Made by a program: the position numbers and the translations under genes. A stretch of 64,000 bases of DNA from Bacillota bacterium (GTDB taxonomy: Bacteria > Bacillota > Sulfobacillia > Fermentithermobacillales > Fermentithermobacillaceae): NCBI GenBank assembly GCA_033810155.1, contig JAPXKJ010000002.1:12252-76251 (forward strand). Reading direction: 5' to 3'. This document shows positions 8,072 to 17,786 of the stretch, piece after piece. Every line of letters begins with the position of its first letter. Position 1 is the stretch's first letter. The notes beneath the pieces are model-generated. The model was not told the DNA's origin. It was given only the letters and a program-made list of their open reading frames with translations, and did no database searches.

Positions 8072-8758
8072 ATGGATCTTAAAGCACTGCACAACATCAC
8101 TTACGGCGTCTATGTCATAACTTCTAAGGCCAATGAACGCATAAACGGTCAGGCGGCCAACACAGTCTTTCAGATTTCCAGCGAGCCTGCGACTTTGGCT
8201 GTGAGCATAAACAAGCAAAACTTCACCCACGGGCTAATCAAAGAAAGCGGGCTTTTCGCAGTGTCGGTGCTGCCTGAAGAAACCCCTATTTCCCTGATTG
8301 GGCAATTCGGGTTCAAATCTGGCAGGGATGTAGACAAGTTCGAAACGATAAGGTACGAAACTACTGAAAATGGTATACCGTACCTCACCGAAGATGACTC
8401 CTTGGCTTACATAGAAGCCAAGGTGATACAGGAAGTAGATGCAAACACCCACACCATTTTCATAGGCGAGGTAACCGACGCAAAAGTATTAAGAGACGGG
8501 AAGCCCATGACCTATGCTTATTATCATCAAGTAAAACGTGGGACTACCCCTCCTACGGCTCCCACTTACATCAAAGATGAAAGGAGGGTCGACATGGGAG
8601 ACATATATGAATGCACTGTGTGCGGGTACAGGTATGATCCTGCAAAGGGAGATCCTGAACATAGCATCCCGCCAGGCACATCTTTCGAAGACCTTCCAGA
8701 TGACTGGGTGTGCCCAGTATGTGGTGCAACCAAGGACCAGTTTGAAAAAGTAGAATAG
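8072..8758 (+). CDS. Flavin reductase-like domain fused to a C-terminal rubredoxin (high-molecular-weight rubredoxin / Hrb-like).
   Basis: N-terminal Flavin_Reduct-type sequence. C-terminal CTVCGY...CPVCG rubredoxin pair. The gene lies immediately downstream of the flavodiiron protein gene. Confidence 0.7.
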   Translation: MDLKALHNITYGVYVITSKANERINGQAANTVFQISSEPATLAVSINKQNFTHGLIKESGLFAVSVLPEETPISLIGQFGFKSGRDVDKFETIRYETTENGIPYLTEDDSLAYIEAKVIQEVDANTHTIFIGEVTDAKVLRDGKPMTYAYYHQVKRGTTPPTAPTYIKDERRVDMGDIYECTVCGYRYDPAKGDPEHSIPPGTSFEDLPDDWVCPVCGATKDQFEKVE

Positions 8759-8793
8759 GCTGATGATCCTTGAATTTGGTTTTGCCAACAACA

Positions 8794-8826
8794 AGGATAG
8801 CGGCCTTGCATCAAGGCCGCTATCCT
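8794..8826. terminator. 15-bp perfect-stem hairpin between convergent genes. Candidate bidirectional terminator.
   Basis: AGGATAGCGGCCTTG cat CAAGGCCGCTATCCT. Confidence 0.5.
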
Positions 8827-8865
8827 AGTCCAAACTTGTCTATCTATCGATACTGCGAAGCACAC

Positions 8866-9492
8866 TCAATGTCCGATCATAGGTTGAATCCAATCGCGCA
8901 GCAGGAATTGTAGCCTGCCTAGGAAAAGAGATATCCTCCCTTGAATCGTATTTCCAAAGCCCGCTCCAAACATTATCATCATAAAATACCGTCCTATCTT
9001 CCCGCAAGTGCCAACAGTTTTGGAATTTTTGCCTACGGTCAAAAAGAAATACATCATGACGCATGCCCATATCAACAAGAAAAGGAGGTTATCGAAAACA
9101 TGGAGATCTCCCATGGTATCCGCCAATTGCACCATTGTAGACCTTGCGCCGCGGGCAATAGTATAGCCGAGTCCCCATCCCATAGATAGACAAATGGGGT
9201 ATGATGCCAGCCAACCGTACTTGCCCCCTCCGAAACTCCTTGTATAATACAGAGCGCCCAACGGCAGAAACAACAAGAACCACCAGCGCCCGTCCTCTAC
9301 TATGTGTGTGTTGTAGTATGGGATGATGTCAAGGTGAACGCTTAAGCACAAACCTCTACCTATGGCCAACGCCAGGAAAGTGTGTTCTGCAAACCTATAG
9401 AGGACATTTTCTTTGATAAGGTATGAATACACCGCTAGCGTGAAGAAGGCGGCGATCCATATCTCAAGTCTAGTCCATCCCACCAGATTCAC
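8866..9492 (-). CDS. Hypothetical polytopic membrane protein.
   Basis: 208 aa with multiple hydrophobic segments. It is the last gene of a four-gene minus-strand set of unknown function. Confidence 0.4.
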   Translation of the reverse strand: MNLVGWTRLEIWIAAFFTLAVYSYLIKENVLYRFAEHTFLALAIGRGLCLSVHLDIIPYYNTHIVEDGRWWFLLFLPLGALYYTRSFGGGKYGWLASYPICLSMGWGLGYTIARGARSTMVQLADTMGDLHVFDNLLFLLIWACVMMYFFLTVGKNSKTVGTCGKIGRYFMMIMFGAGFGNTIQGRISLFLGRLQFLLRDWIQPMIGH

Positions 9493-9523
9493 CTCGTTTC
9501 TTATCTCTGACTAATCAAACGCA

Positions 9524-10357
9524 TCAACCGTTTTTCTTCTTCAATATGTAAGATATGTTGCCTAGCACGATAAGAACAATGATCACAGCGTGACCAAGTC
9601 CCTGTGCATCCATAAGAGAAGTAGCGTCGCCAGGTCGGCCTAGAAGTTTTTCATACTGTGCGGCCCCGCCTAGACCTGCAAGCAGACCTTTAATCTGTCT
9701 AGACCGCAGAATGCTCTGGTTTCCCGCTACGTTAACCGCAACACAACCAACGTATATGTCACAGTCTGCCCAGTTCACTAGGTATGTTCCTACTCCGGGA
9801 CTTCCCGCTTCAAATATGATAAATGCCTTAGACGTTTCCGCCGTCCATTGTCTCACCTTTTGCATAAGGGGCAGATCCTCGAAATTGTTCCCGTAGAAAT
9901 CAGTGTTTCCACAGGTCTTCCAAAGATCCTCGCGCATTTCTCTCCATATCATGCTCTTGTAACCTATGAAGACCCAGTCGACGCCATATTCGGCGCTATA
10001 CCCATCGGCTTCTGCTGCTGCAGCAACCTTTTTCAGCAGGTCTCCAGCGATCATGGCGCCTGTTTCCCATTGAGCAACCCCTACAGCCTTCAGACCTTTC
10101 TGCATGCAATGGTAGAACCAAGCCTCGAGTTGTGGAGAAAGTTCTGCATTGGACCCTCCGCCGTAGGAGACGTCAAAAAACACGATTTCACCAGGTTTGC
10201 TGTTCTCAATCCAATCGAATACTGGTTTAGTCGTCTCTTCATCGACTACTATCGGCAATCCAATGGGTTGGAGCACAGGAATAATCAAAGCACATGCCAT
10301 CACCAAGTAAATTATGCGAGGATTTATCTCGCTAAAGCGTTCCAAAAACTCTCTCAA
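9524..10357 (-). CDS. Hypothetical protein with an N-terminal membrane anchor.
   Basis: 277-aa ORF, co-directional and tightly spaced with its neighbours. Confidence 0.4.
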   Translation of the reverse strand: MREFLERFSEINPRIIYLVMACALIIPVLQPIGLPIVVDEETTKPVFDWIENSKPGEIVFFDVSYGGGSNAELSPQLEAWFYHCMQKGLKAVGVAQWETGAMIAGDLLKKVAAAAEADGYSAEYGVDWVFIGYKSMIWREMREDLWKTCGNTDFYGNNFEDLPLMQKVRQWTAETSKAFIIFEAGSPGVGTYLVNWADCDIYVGCVAVNVAGNQSILRSRQIKGLLAGLGGAAQYEKLLGRPGDATSLMDAQGLGHAVIIVLIVLGNISYILKKKNG

Positions 10358-10389
10358 TTATCTCCCTCCCTTCACAGCAAAACTTGGTG

Positions 10390-11040
10390 CTAGTGGGCCA
10401 GATGGCGCCTCTCTATGCCAAGCACTACTCGCCAGGTATTGGCAACCCCTCCCAGAAATGCCCCAATGCTTATGGCTCGACTTACAGCAGCAGTAGGGGT
10501 AGCCAATATCCATGTCCTGATCCCTGAGAACCCCCCTAACCATGATTGGCTACTCCAAATCATCTCTCCAAAGGGAACGTTGGCCACCATCACTAGGAAA
10601 GCGACCACCATCATGACCGTTGACTCCAAGTTCTTCACTCTAAAAGCTCTATAGGCCGCAGAAGCTATGAAGAACGCCAAGAGCGAGAACATCGTTGCAT
10701 CAAGCGGTTCGCTTACAACTCTGAATATAGTGCTAAAGAGAGGGTCATTATTCCCTTTTATTACTCCGTAGACCCCATATGTCCACGCCAAAATGATAGT
10801 ATATGCGCTAAACATCCAGTGTTCTCGCCGATGTCTTATATTCCCGTAGTGAACGCGTGTAAAGTTCACTATGCCTAGTCCAAAAGCGCCAAAACCCATC
10901 CAAGTCATCGCCCAGCTAATGAGCGAGCGAACCTTCATGCCATCGGCCAAAACCCATGCATCCAGAGGGCCTATCCACTCGAACCCAAACCTTAGAACTA
11001 TCATTATGAGCATCAATATGTACGGGACTTCTCTTTTCAT
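10390..11040 (-). CDS. Hypothetical polytopic membrane protein.
   Basis: 216 aa, hydrophobic throughout. Confidence 0.4.
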   Translation of the reverse strand: MKREVPYILMLIMIVLRFGFEWIGPLDAWVLADGMKVRSLISWAMTWMGFGAFGLGIVNFTRVHYGNIRHRREHWMFSAYTIILAWTYGVYGVIKGNNDPLFSTIFRVVSEPLDATMFSLLAFFIASAAYRAFRVKNLESTVMMVVAFLVMVANVPFGEMIWSSQSWLGGFSGIRTWILATPTAAVSRAISIGAFLGGVANTWRVVLGIERRHLAH

Positions 11041-11076
11041 CTAGCGCACCTCCTTTCCGCTCAATCCGCATGTAGA

Positions 11077-11910
11077 TTAAAAGTTGCAGAACGTCTTGAT
11101 GAAATTGTGCCCTGGCGCAAACGTCTCCAAAAGCGCGCCTAGAATGACCGCTACGAAAATGACTATACGAAAGATATCTTGGGAAACGACACTTCCCATG
11201 ATAATGGGATCTCTAGACAGCCACGCAGCACCTGCATACATTTCCTCTCCGATCATCACGTAGTCACATGTAGCTATGAAGAACGGGATCTGAGTAGTCG
11301 CGATTGTAGCAGCAACCTGTATGCTTTCAATCAGCGCTCCGGCTTCGGCTATCAGCAGCGCTTCAGCATAGAAGTAGCCGATTAAGAACTGAGCAGCTGG
11401 CTTTTCACGGGCTATTATTCCGTTGATGTTCATGGCCCAAGCAAACTGAGTTCCACTGATGTACCGAATGTCATCGGGGTTAAAGGCATCAGGCCTGCCA
11501 GCCTCTAAGTATGCCTGCCTCACGATATCTTGGTGAACCGCATTGCACAAATAACTGCTGTCGGTAACTATCAGCCTGGTATCATACTGCGCACACAGTT
11601 TTGCCACATATGCCATGTATGACCAATATGCAAAGGTATCCTCATATCCAATACCCTCGTCGTAGTTGGTCATATGTACAGGCCGCCCCATCTCAGTTGC
11701 CCTCCCTACGGCTTCGTCAAAAGCCTCCAAACCTGGGATTCGCTTTATCTCTGGAAGCGGCAGGCCGGCCCTAGCCCTGCTAACACCTACCCATACCAGA
11801 ATTCCCATGCACAAATAAAAGAGGCAAGCCGAAACGGCATTGGGTTGGTCTACTACGAACCCAAACTTGTATTGAGGTGCCTCCGCAGCGAGAAACATTA
11901 TTTCGGACAT
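11077..11910 (-). CDS. Hypothetical protein with an N-terminal membrane segment.
   Basis: 277-aa ORF and first gene of the four-gene set. About 650 bp of non-coding sequence lies upstream. Confidence 0.4.
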   Translation of the reverse strand: MSEIMFLAAEAPQYKFGFVVDQPNAVSACLFYLCMGILVWVGVSRARAGLPLPEIKRIPGLEAFDEAVGRATEMGRPVHMTNYDEGIGYEDTFAYWSYMAYVAKLCAQYDTRLIVTDSSYLCNAVHQDIVRQAYLEAGRPDAFNPDDIRYISGTQFAWAMNINGIIAREKPAAQFLIGYFYAEALLIAEAGALIESIQVAATIATTQIPFFIATCDYVMIGEEMYAGAAWLSRDPIIMGSVVSQDIFRIVIFVAVILGALLETFAPGHNFIKTFCNF

Positions 11911-12454
11911 ATCTTCACCTCCTTCCGCAATGAGATACCACCGGCTTTGGGGTCTGACGCGTTGAACAGCTATGCATCCATGGGTATTGCGCCTATGACC
12001 ACTGCTTCGAGAGGATGATGAGCGATCAGCGTAACCAGAATTGGCTGTTTTTCGAAAGCCATGTGTGAAACCCGAAATAGTGGGTTCGTTTAGCTGTGTA
12101 GCGTGTTAGTTGCTGCGTAGTATGGTGCGATCCTTGGTTAACTAACCGAACATACCTCTTGAAGATAAGACCCATATTAACGACGTATTGCCTGTTCTTT
12201 CTGCTTACCCTACTGCCGATGATATGGTATTCTACGCCGTCATCGATTATCCTCTTTCTCCATTTACGTATATTTTATTGCATAAAAGTATCCGGACTTT
12301 AGGTTTTCCTATTTACAGGAAACGCGCTTATGCATTAAATGATGCACAGGCCTAGCATGCAGCCTCTTTCGGGGGTTCTTGATCATATCTACTCCGTTAG
12401 TGCCCCTTTCTCCTTCGTGCTACGGCCACAAGAATCTTTTGAACCACACTCCAA

Positions 12455-12548
12455 GAAGCAAGGGGGACGGCACTTTTTGCTTCATGCGCAACGTGAGAGA
12501 CGAAGCAAAAAGTGCCGTCCCCGCTGCTTCGCGGTTACCTTTGCTTCG
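12455..12548. repeat. Two copies of the GAAGCA hairpin motif in inverted orientation (12455-12483 and 12502-12531), plus an ACCTTTGCTTCG partner.
   Basis: GGGGACGGCACTTTTTGCTTC ... GAAGCAAAAAGTGCCGTCCCC form a perfect 21-bp inverted repeat with an 18-nt centre. Confidence 0.7.
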
Positions 12549-12579
12549 TGGGTGTACTTAGAAGTAGAATCAGAGTAGG

Positions 12580-12804
12580 GTGATGGATATGCAAGATAAA
12601 TCCTGGGTCGAGGTGTGCCAGGTATCAACTGAAGTAGAAGCAGAGCTTATCGGCTCAGTGCTCGAATCTTACGGCATTGAGGTTATATTCCAGGCGTCTC
12701 TGCCAGGTAGCGTTTATCCAGGTTTGGCACCGATCAAGGTGCTTGTACCAAAAAAAGATCAGGAACTGGCAGAAACTGCACTTAAGACTACCGAAAACAG
12801 ATGA
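12580..12804 (+). CDS. DUF2007-like small protein (putative signal-transducing protein).
   Basis: 74 aa with the pattern WVEV......EAELIGSVLESYGIEV. Confidence 0.4.
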   Translation: MMDMQDKSWVEVCQVSTEVEAELIGSVLESYGIEVIFQASLPGSVYPGLAPIKVLVPKKDQELAETALKTTENR

Positions 12805-13073
12805 ATCTTTTGCATTCGAAGAATTGCGAACATCCTCTAACCTGCTCTGGTGAGGGTTTGATGGTTCTCTGCCTGCATTAATAGATGAACTTCTCAATAC
12901 TACCACATAATTTTAGTATTCGAATCGTGCAACTTTGCGCGGTGGAAGATGGACGTAAAACTCATCTACTCTTATCGATGATCATACCTAAAACCTATAT
13001 AGGGCCAACAGTCTCTCTCGCCTATCTTTTGATTGTGGCTGTAGGGTTCTCATGCGAATGGAAATAGAAGTTC

Positions 13074-14318
13074 TCAGCTGTCCGTTTCTAATACTTCACG
13101 GCCTGAGACCCGACCCAACACGAGATAGCATACCAAGGCTTCAACTGCTCGTCCTGAAACCATAACTATAGCTCCAACAGATCCACCAAGTTTAGGAAAT
13201 ATACTTACGAGGAGCATTGATAGTGCAAAAACTGCGAACACGTCTAGGAATTTCGCCAGGGTAACCCAAAAGGCATGTCGCTGCATCAATAATACGCCGC
13301 CGTAGAATTCTGCTAAAGAAGCGACAAGCGGCAACCATGAAAAATATATCAACGTTCGGATAGCTTCGGGTATAATGTTCTGTGGGGCTCCAATCAGGCC
13401 ACCAAATATCCAATTTCCTACAGCAGGAAGATTAGTTAGAGCCAAACACGCTGTAAGGAAAATTCCCAAGATAACAGAAAACAGTTTCAGCTGGCTAAGA
13501 CGCTCTCTACTGTTGCCAAATATTACTACTACATGATAGATATTCATAGTAGGAGCGTTGAATATGAGCGAATAGCTCATGGCTACCTGGTAAGCTGCCA
13601 GCGCAGTCGCTGGGTTTCCTGTACGCGACAACGCTCCAGTGATCATAGGGCCTCCAAGCGTCTGAATGATTGACGCAAACACAAGTGGCACTGCAAAAGC
13701 AAACATTGCTCTGTAACCTAAAGATGGTTCTTCCGGACCTTCATCAACCAATGGCAGAATTGCCTTTTTAGAAACGATGAAAGTCAACACCGCCTCTACG
13801 CCTAGCCCCATCATTAGTATTGCAGCACCGACAGGACCTGTCGGAAGAACTCTGGGAAGGATAGACGCAGCCACGAACATTACTACTACACGTACTAGCA
13901 TGCTCAAAGTGGTATAGTGAGTCTTTCTATGCATTACAATGGGCGTCTGATATATGGAGCGGATAGTTGAAAATACAGGCCAGAATACAAATATCTGCAT
14001 CGACTCTATGACCCCTCTATAGATTTCGTCGGACACACCGAGGAGGTTTACAAATATAGTTTTCGACAGTGTCGTCCATGTAGCTAGGGACTGGACTAGT
14101 ACCAGAATCCCAAGGATCATCAAGGTCACACTCTTTACTTTTCGGAAAGATTTCTTCCCTTGTGTAAAGGTAAGACATATACGCTGCATAGCATAACAGG
14201 GGGACTCAATCACCTTTGCAACGCTGTGAGAAGCTGAATATGCGGCAAGAGCCACAGTTGGGTACAAGGTTCGTGCCATTGCAGCCGAAACCACAGAGTG
14301 CGTCACCATCATCAACAC
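13074..14318 (-). CDS. MOP-superfamily (MATE/Wzx-like) polytopic transporter.
   Basis: 414 aa, about 12 hydrophobic helices, general resemblance to MATE/polysaccharide-biosynthesis transporters. Confidence 0.4.
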   Translation of the reverse strand: MLMMVTHSVVSAAMARTLYPTVALAAYSASHSVAKVIESPCYAMQRICLTFTQGKKSFRKVKSVTLMILGILVLVQSLATWTTLSKTIFVNLLGVSDEIYRGVIESMQIFVFWPVFSTIRSIYQTPIVMHRKTHYTTLSMLVRVVVMFVAASILPRVLPTGPVGAAILMMGLGVEAVLTFIVSKKAILPLVDEGPEEPSLGYRAMFAFAVPLVFASIIQTLGGPMITGALSRTGNPATALAAYQVAMSYSLIFNAPTMNIYHVVVIFGNSRERLSQLKLFSVILGIFLTACLALTNLPAVGNWIFGGLIGAPQNIIPEAIRTLIYFSWLPLVASLAEFYGGVLLMQRHAFWVTLAKFLDVFAVFALSMLLVSIFPKLGGSVGAIVMVSGRAVEALVCYLVLGRVSGREVLETDS

Positions 14319-14413
14319 CTTTGGTTTATATTTATCGAGGTATCAAAAAAAGAGCCATGGCGAGAATGAATCATCGCCATGGCACCTCTAATCTATGCAG
14401 AAGATTCAAAGAG

Positions 14414-15898
14414 TTAGATGCCTGTCCACTTCCTACCTATGGGATAGGCGTCGTAGGGGGCATTATTGTAGTGCAGCTGGCTCAAATCGGCAGGCCCCTG
14501 CCCTGGGACGCTGGTCCTAATATCTACTTTTGCAACTTGGTCCCAAAAAGCCCTGTGGTGCACCCTGTCTTTTAACACGATTATATCTAGGTCATTGTAG
14601 TCTAGGCCTACGCACGAAAGCCCCGCGGAATCATTTGCGCCGCGCATCCTTTCGGCGACGACCACGTGCCTGTTGTCCCCTAAGTTAATTCGGGCAACAA
14701 ACCCTTCTTTTACTCTAGACCCTTTGCCCATAGGCCCTACTAAGGTGTACTCTGGACAACCCGTGTATTCTACTGTTCCAGTTATCTCAACAGGAGTGCC
14801 AGAAAACTCGTCGTACCATCCGCCTACAGTTACAGTGACTTTGTCTCCTACCTTCGCAGTCTTTTTTATCTCCTGAGCGGCCTTGGGATCTGTTATGCAA
14901 GGTATGACCCAATTCTTTGCTCCTTGGGCAAGAAGTTCTTTTAGCATGTGGGTGCTGTCGCCTATTCTGTCAGCGCCGTCTGCTATTATGACTGGCCGAA
15001 GCCCTTGGGAGACGTACTTCATGGCTAAGCGGGTAGCCTCTTTTGCATCAGGTAGAGGTTCGGTGAACGATTCCCTTAAGCTCCACGCAAGGTCGTTTAA
15101 GTCCTGAGCCACTTTTTCTGCTAGCTCAGGGTCGTCATTAGTCACTACAAATATGGACATGCCTATGTCTATAACGTCGGCATAAGCATAACCCGGCGCT
15201 ACAGAAGCGCAATACACTCCAGGAACTTTCTCCCATTCCCTGCATCTGTCATATATGTCTTTCATAGGATGCTGGTCCGATGCCTGATATATGCTAGCAG
15301 AAACGATCCCCGGACGTCTGCATACCGTATATGGTTTGAACTCTCCGCGCACAGTCTTAACCATGCACTCAGCTGCCTTCATACCTATCTCTTCTGAATC
15401 TACATGGGGGTAAGTCTTAAGTATGAAAACCGCATCAGCAGCTTCGGCAAGCTCTGAATCCTCGTTGGCATGCAAATCCAATGTCACCATTATGGGGACG
15501 TCTTTACCCACAGCTTGCCTGGCGCGCCTCACTATTTCCGCCTCTGGCCTTACTGCGTTTGCAGCTGCCATCGCACCGTGAAGGGCAAGAAGCACGCCGT
15601 CAACAGGTCCTGCTGCCTTTAGTCCATCCCTTATTTCGTTCGCGTACTTCTCAAAGCATTCTGGGACAAGCCAACTTGAAAATCCTCCCGGGCCCTTAGA
15701 AGCATGTACTATGGGGACTATTTCTGCTCCTTCTGCCTCAAGCACCTTGAGGTAACCATTTACGTAGGTAGGGATGCCTCGGTTTTTCTCGATGATTGCC
15801 TGGCCTCTTATGGTTCCAGATTCAAACCTTTCTACTGTCGTAAGATCCTTACAAAACGTACAAGTTTCATCTGAAAACCCTGCAATAGCGATTCTCAT
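14414..15898 (-). CDS. M81-family metallopeptidase (microcystinase MlrC-like; DUF1485+DUF1446).
   Basis: N-terminus MRIAIAGFSDETCTF. 494 aa. A paralog is at 17787-19280. Confidence 0.6.
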   Translation of the reverse strand: MRIAIAGFSDETCTFCKDLTTVERFESGTIRGQAIIEKNRGIPTYVNGYLKVLEAEGAEIVPIVHASKGPGGFSSWLVPECFEKYANEIRDGLKAAGPVDGVLLALHGAMAAANAVRPEAEIVRRARQAVGKDVPIMVTLDLHANEDSELAEAADAVFILKTYPHVDSEEIGMKAAECMVKTVRGEFKPYTVCRRPGIVSASIYQASDQHPMKDIYDRCREWEKVPGVYCASVAPGYAYADVIDIGMSIFVVTNDDPELAEKVAQDLNDLAWSLRESFTEPLPDAKEATRLAMKYVSQGLRPVIIADGADRIGDSTHMLKELLAQGAKNWVIPCITDPKAAQEIKKTAKVGDKVTVTVGGWYDEFSGTPVEITGTVEYTGCPEYTLVGPMGKGSRVKEGFVARINLGDNRHVVVAERMRGANDSAGLSCVGLDYNDLDIIVLKDRVHHRAFWDQVAKVDIRTSVPGQGPADLSQLHYNNAPYDAYPIGRKWTGI

Positions 15899-16144
15899 TA
15901 TTAACCACCTCCATTCATAATCTAATCCATGTAGGCTGCAATTACCAGTGATCGTTTCTGTATATACTTGCAGATCTTCGAAAAGAGAGGTCTCCCGTAT
16001 TCATTGTGTTGGTGCTACCTTGGGTAGAAACATTGCTAAAAGTGGCGGAATGTTAGAACAAGTATTGAAGCAGATGCTCCTGCACTTCACAGGAACATAT
16101 TGCGAAGGTAAAAACGCTTATCTCCGATTTAGGTCCTATCTTTT

Positions 16145-16780
16145 CTAATATGGACTCGGATATATGTTGGTTCCCATATCCAAGAAATTTCTGAATTCTC
16201 CTAAAAAAGCTCGCGCCTGGCGCTGAGCCTCAGCGGATTGCTGAGGGAGTGGGTTCTTACACAACAAGAGGTCAGGCCTAAAAGAAACCTCGTGAAAAAT
16301 GAAAATCATCCGGTCCCTAGCGCCTACGTAGTAAAAGTCGTCAGCAAGAGCGACAAATTCGTCTCCCCCAAATCTTGGGTCTGAAAAGCGGGAGTTTTCA
16401 CCAGCATACGCTAAAGTACCTCTCCCAAGGTCCACATCCATAAGAGCCATATGCACTACAACGGCAAATCCTCCTTCCTCGTTCACCCAGACCAAGCTCT
16501 CCTGAGTAATTTGAGCCCCAGGATCCTTCCCTTTCCCCCAAGCTACCGGAGCCTGGACGAATAGCTCATCTTCTTCATTAGGGATCTTTTCCAAAAGTGT
16601 AAACCCCTCGGGTCTGAAATGCTCGCTTAAACGCCAAGCTATTAACCTGAACTGAGACAACCAAAACTGATCTTCTTGTTCCTTTTGCTTGCGTGCAAAT
16701 ACCGCGTTGCGACACAAAAGACCCACTACGACGCCAACTACAACTGCTCGAAGAATAGGGGCAACGGATTTCTTCGACAA
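16145..16780 (-). CDS. Hypothetical membrane-anchored protein, paralog of 16808-17464.
   Basis: Shares the GFAVVV(D/H)M block with its neighbour. N-terminal transmembrane segment. Confidence 0.4.
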   Translation of the reverse strand: MSKKSVAPILRAVVVGVVVGLLCRNAVFARKQKEQEDQFWLSQFRLIAWRLSEHFRPEGFTLLEKIPNEEDELFVQAPVAWGKGKDPGAQITQESLVWVNEEGGFAVVVHMALMDVDLGRGTLAYAGENSRFSDPRFGGDEFVALADDFYYVGARDRMIFIFHEVSFRPDLLLCKNPLPQQSAEAQRQARAFLGEFRNFLDMGTNIYPSPY

Positions 16781-16807
16781 AACTCTCCCTCCATTAATCG
16801 TCCACTC

Positions 16808-17464
16808 TTATAAGCCTTTCTTATCCATAAAAAGTTGAAACTCGGCTACGAAGGATTGTGCCTTCTCTATCCACTCGTACGGATACGCATCTATAGAGGC
16901 TTGGCTTCCCGGCTGGATTATTGGCCGCAGTTGAAAGAAGAGCAGCATGTTATCATGACTCGCGACGAAAACCCAATCAGGCGGGAGTAATTCGCGTCCC
17001 CCTCTAGCAATACGCGAGACTGGAAAAGCTACAGGCTTTTTCCCCATTTCCTGGTCTTTGCGCGCAAAAACCATGTCCACAACAATAGCGAATCCATCTT
17101 CGTCATCCGCATAGGCTAAACCCACTTGAGTCGTGAACCAACCGTTTTCCTGCAATGCAAGAGGCACCGCAAATCCATAATCATTTCCGTTAGCGTACCA
17201 ACCAGGAGATACAAGCACAATATGAGAATCAACGCGACGCTCAGGCACACCTACTACCCGATAGCCATCAGGCCGGAACCCTTGACTAATCTCCCATGCA
17301 ACATCGCGGAACTCATCATAACTGCGAAGAAACCGCATTTCTTTATCATAATCGAATAAATAGGGACTCACATGCAACGAAAGGATATTCCCTAATCCAA
17401 GGCCTGCGACAATCGCTACAGTGAACCATATCTTGCCATACTCACGGCTACGAGAATCATCCAT
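16808..17464 (-). CDS. Hypothetical membrane-anchored protein, paralog of 16145-16780.
   Basis: 218 aa with an N-terminal transmembrane segment. Confidence 0.4.
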   Translation of the reverse strand: MDDSRSREYGKIWFTVAIVAGLGLGNILSLHVSPYLFDYDKEMRFLRSYDEFRDVAWEISQGFRPDGYRVVGVPERRVDSHIVLVSPGWYANGNDYGFAVPLALQENGWFTTQVGLAYADDEDGFAIVVDMVFARKDQEMGKKPVAFPVSRIARGGRELLPPDWVFVASHDNMLLFFQLRPIIQPGSQASIDAYPYEWIEKAQSFVAEFQLFMDKKGL

Positions 17465-17786
17465 CTAGTTCGCCTCCGGTGCTGATGTGACTAGTATTGT
17501 AAATTAATAGTATCTTTACCAGTAGTAAAATGTCAAGTATGTAACTCACTACCATGTCATCTGCCTATATGTATCCTGGGAAACTGTCACTTTGCGATTT
17601 GGACTCGTTTTGAGAGAGGCAGAACTGGCGAATACCCTATACCTTTGGCGACCTTTATACCTGCATCCAATTAACTGTAGATGAATCCGAAATATTCGAA
17701 AAACAACTATATAAATTGCCGCTAGATGAGATTAATCCCTTCTTTGCGATATACCAAGACGATATACCAGGGGTATCAACTAATGG

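Noticed and set aside
8300-8345. tRNA-like T-arm sequence GGGTTCAAATCTGGCAGGG
   Set aside because: It lies inside the Hrb-like CDS in frame context. No acceptor/anticodon cloverleaf can be drawn. Coincidental.
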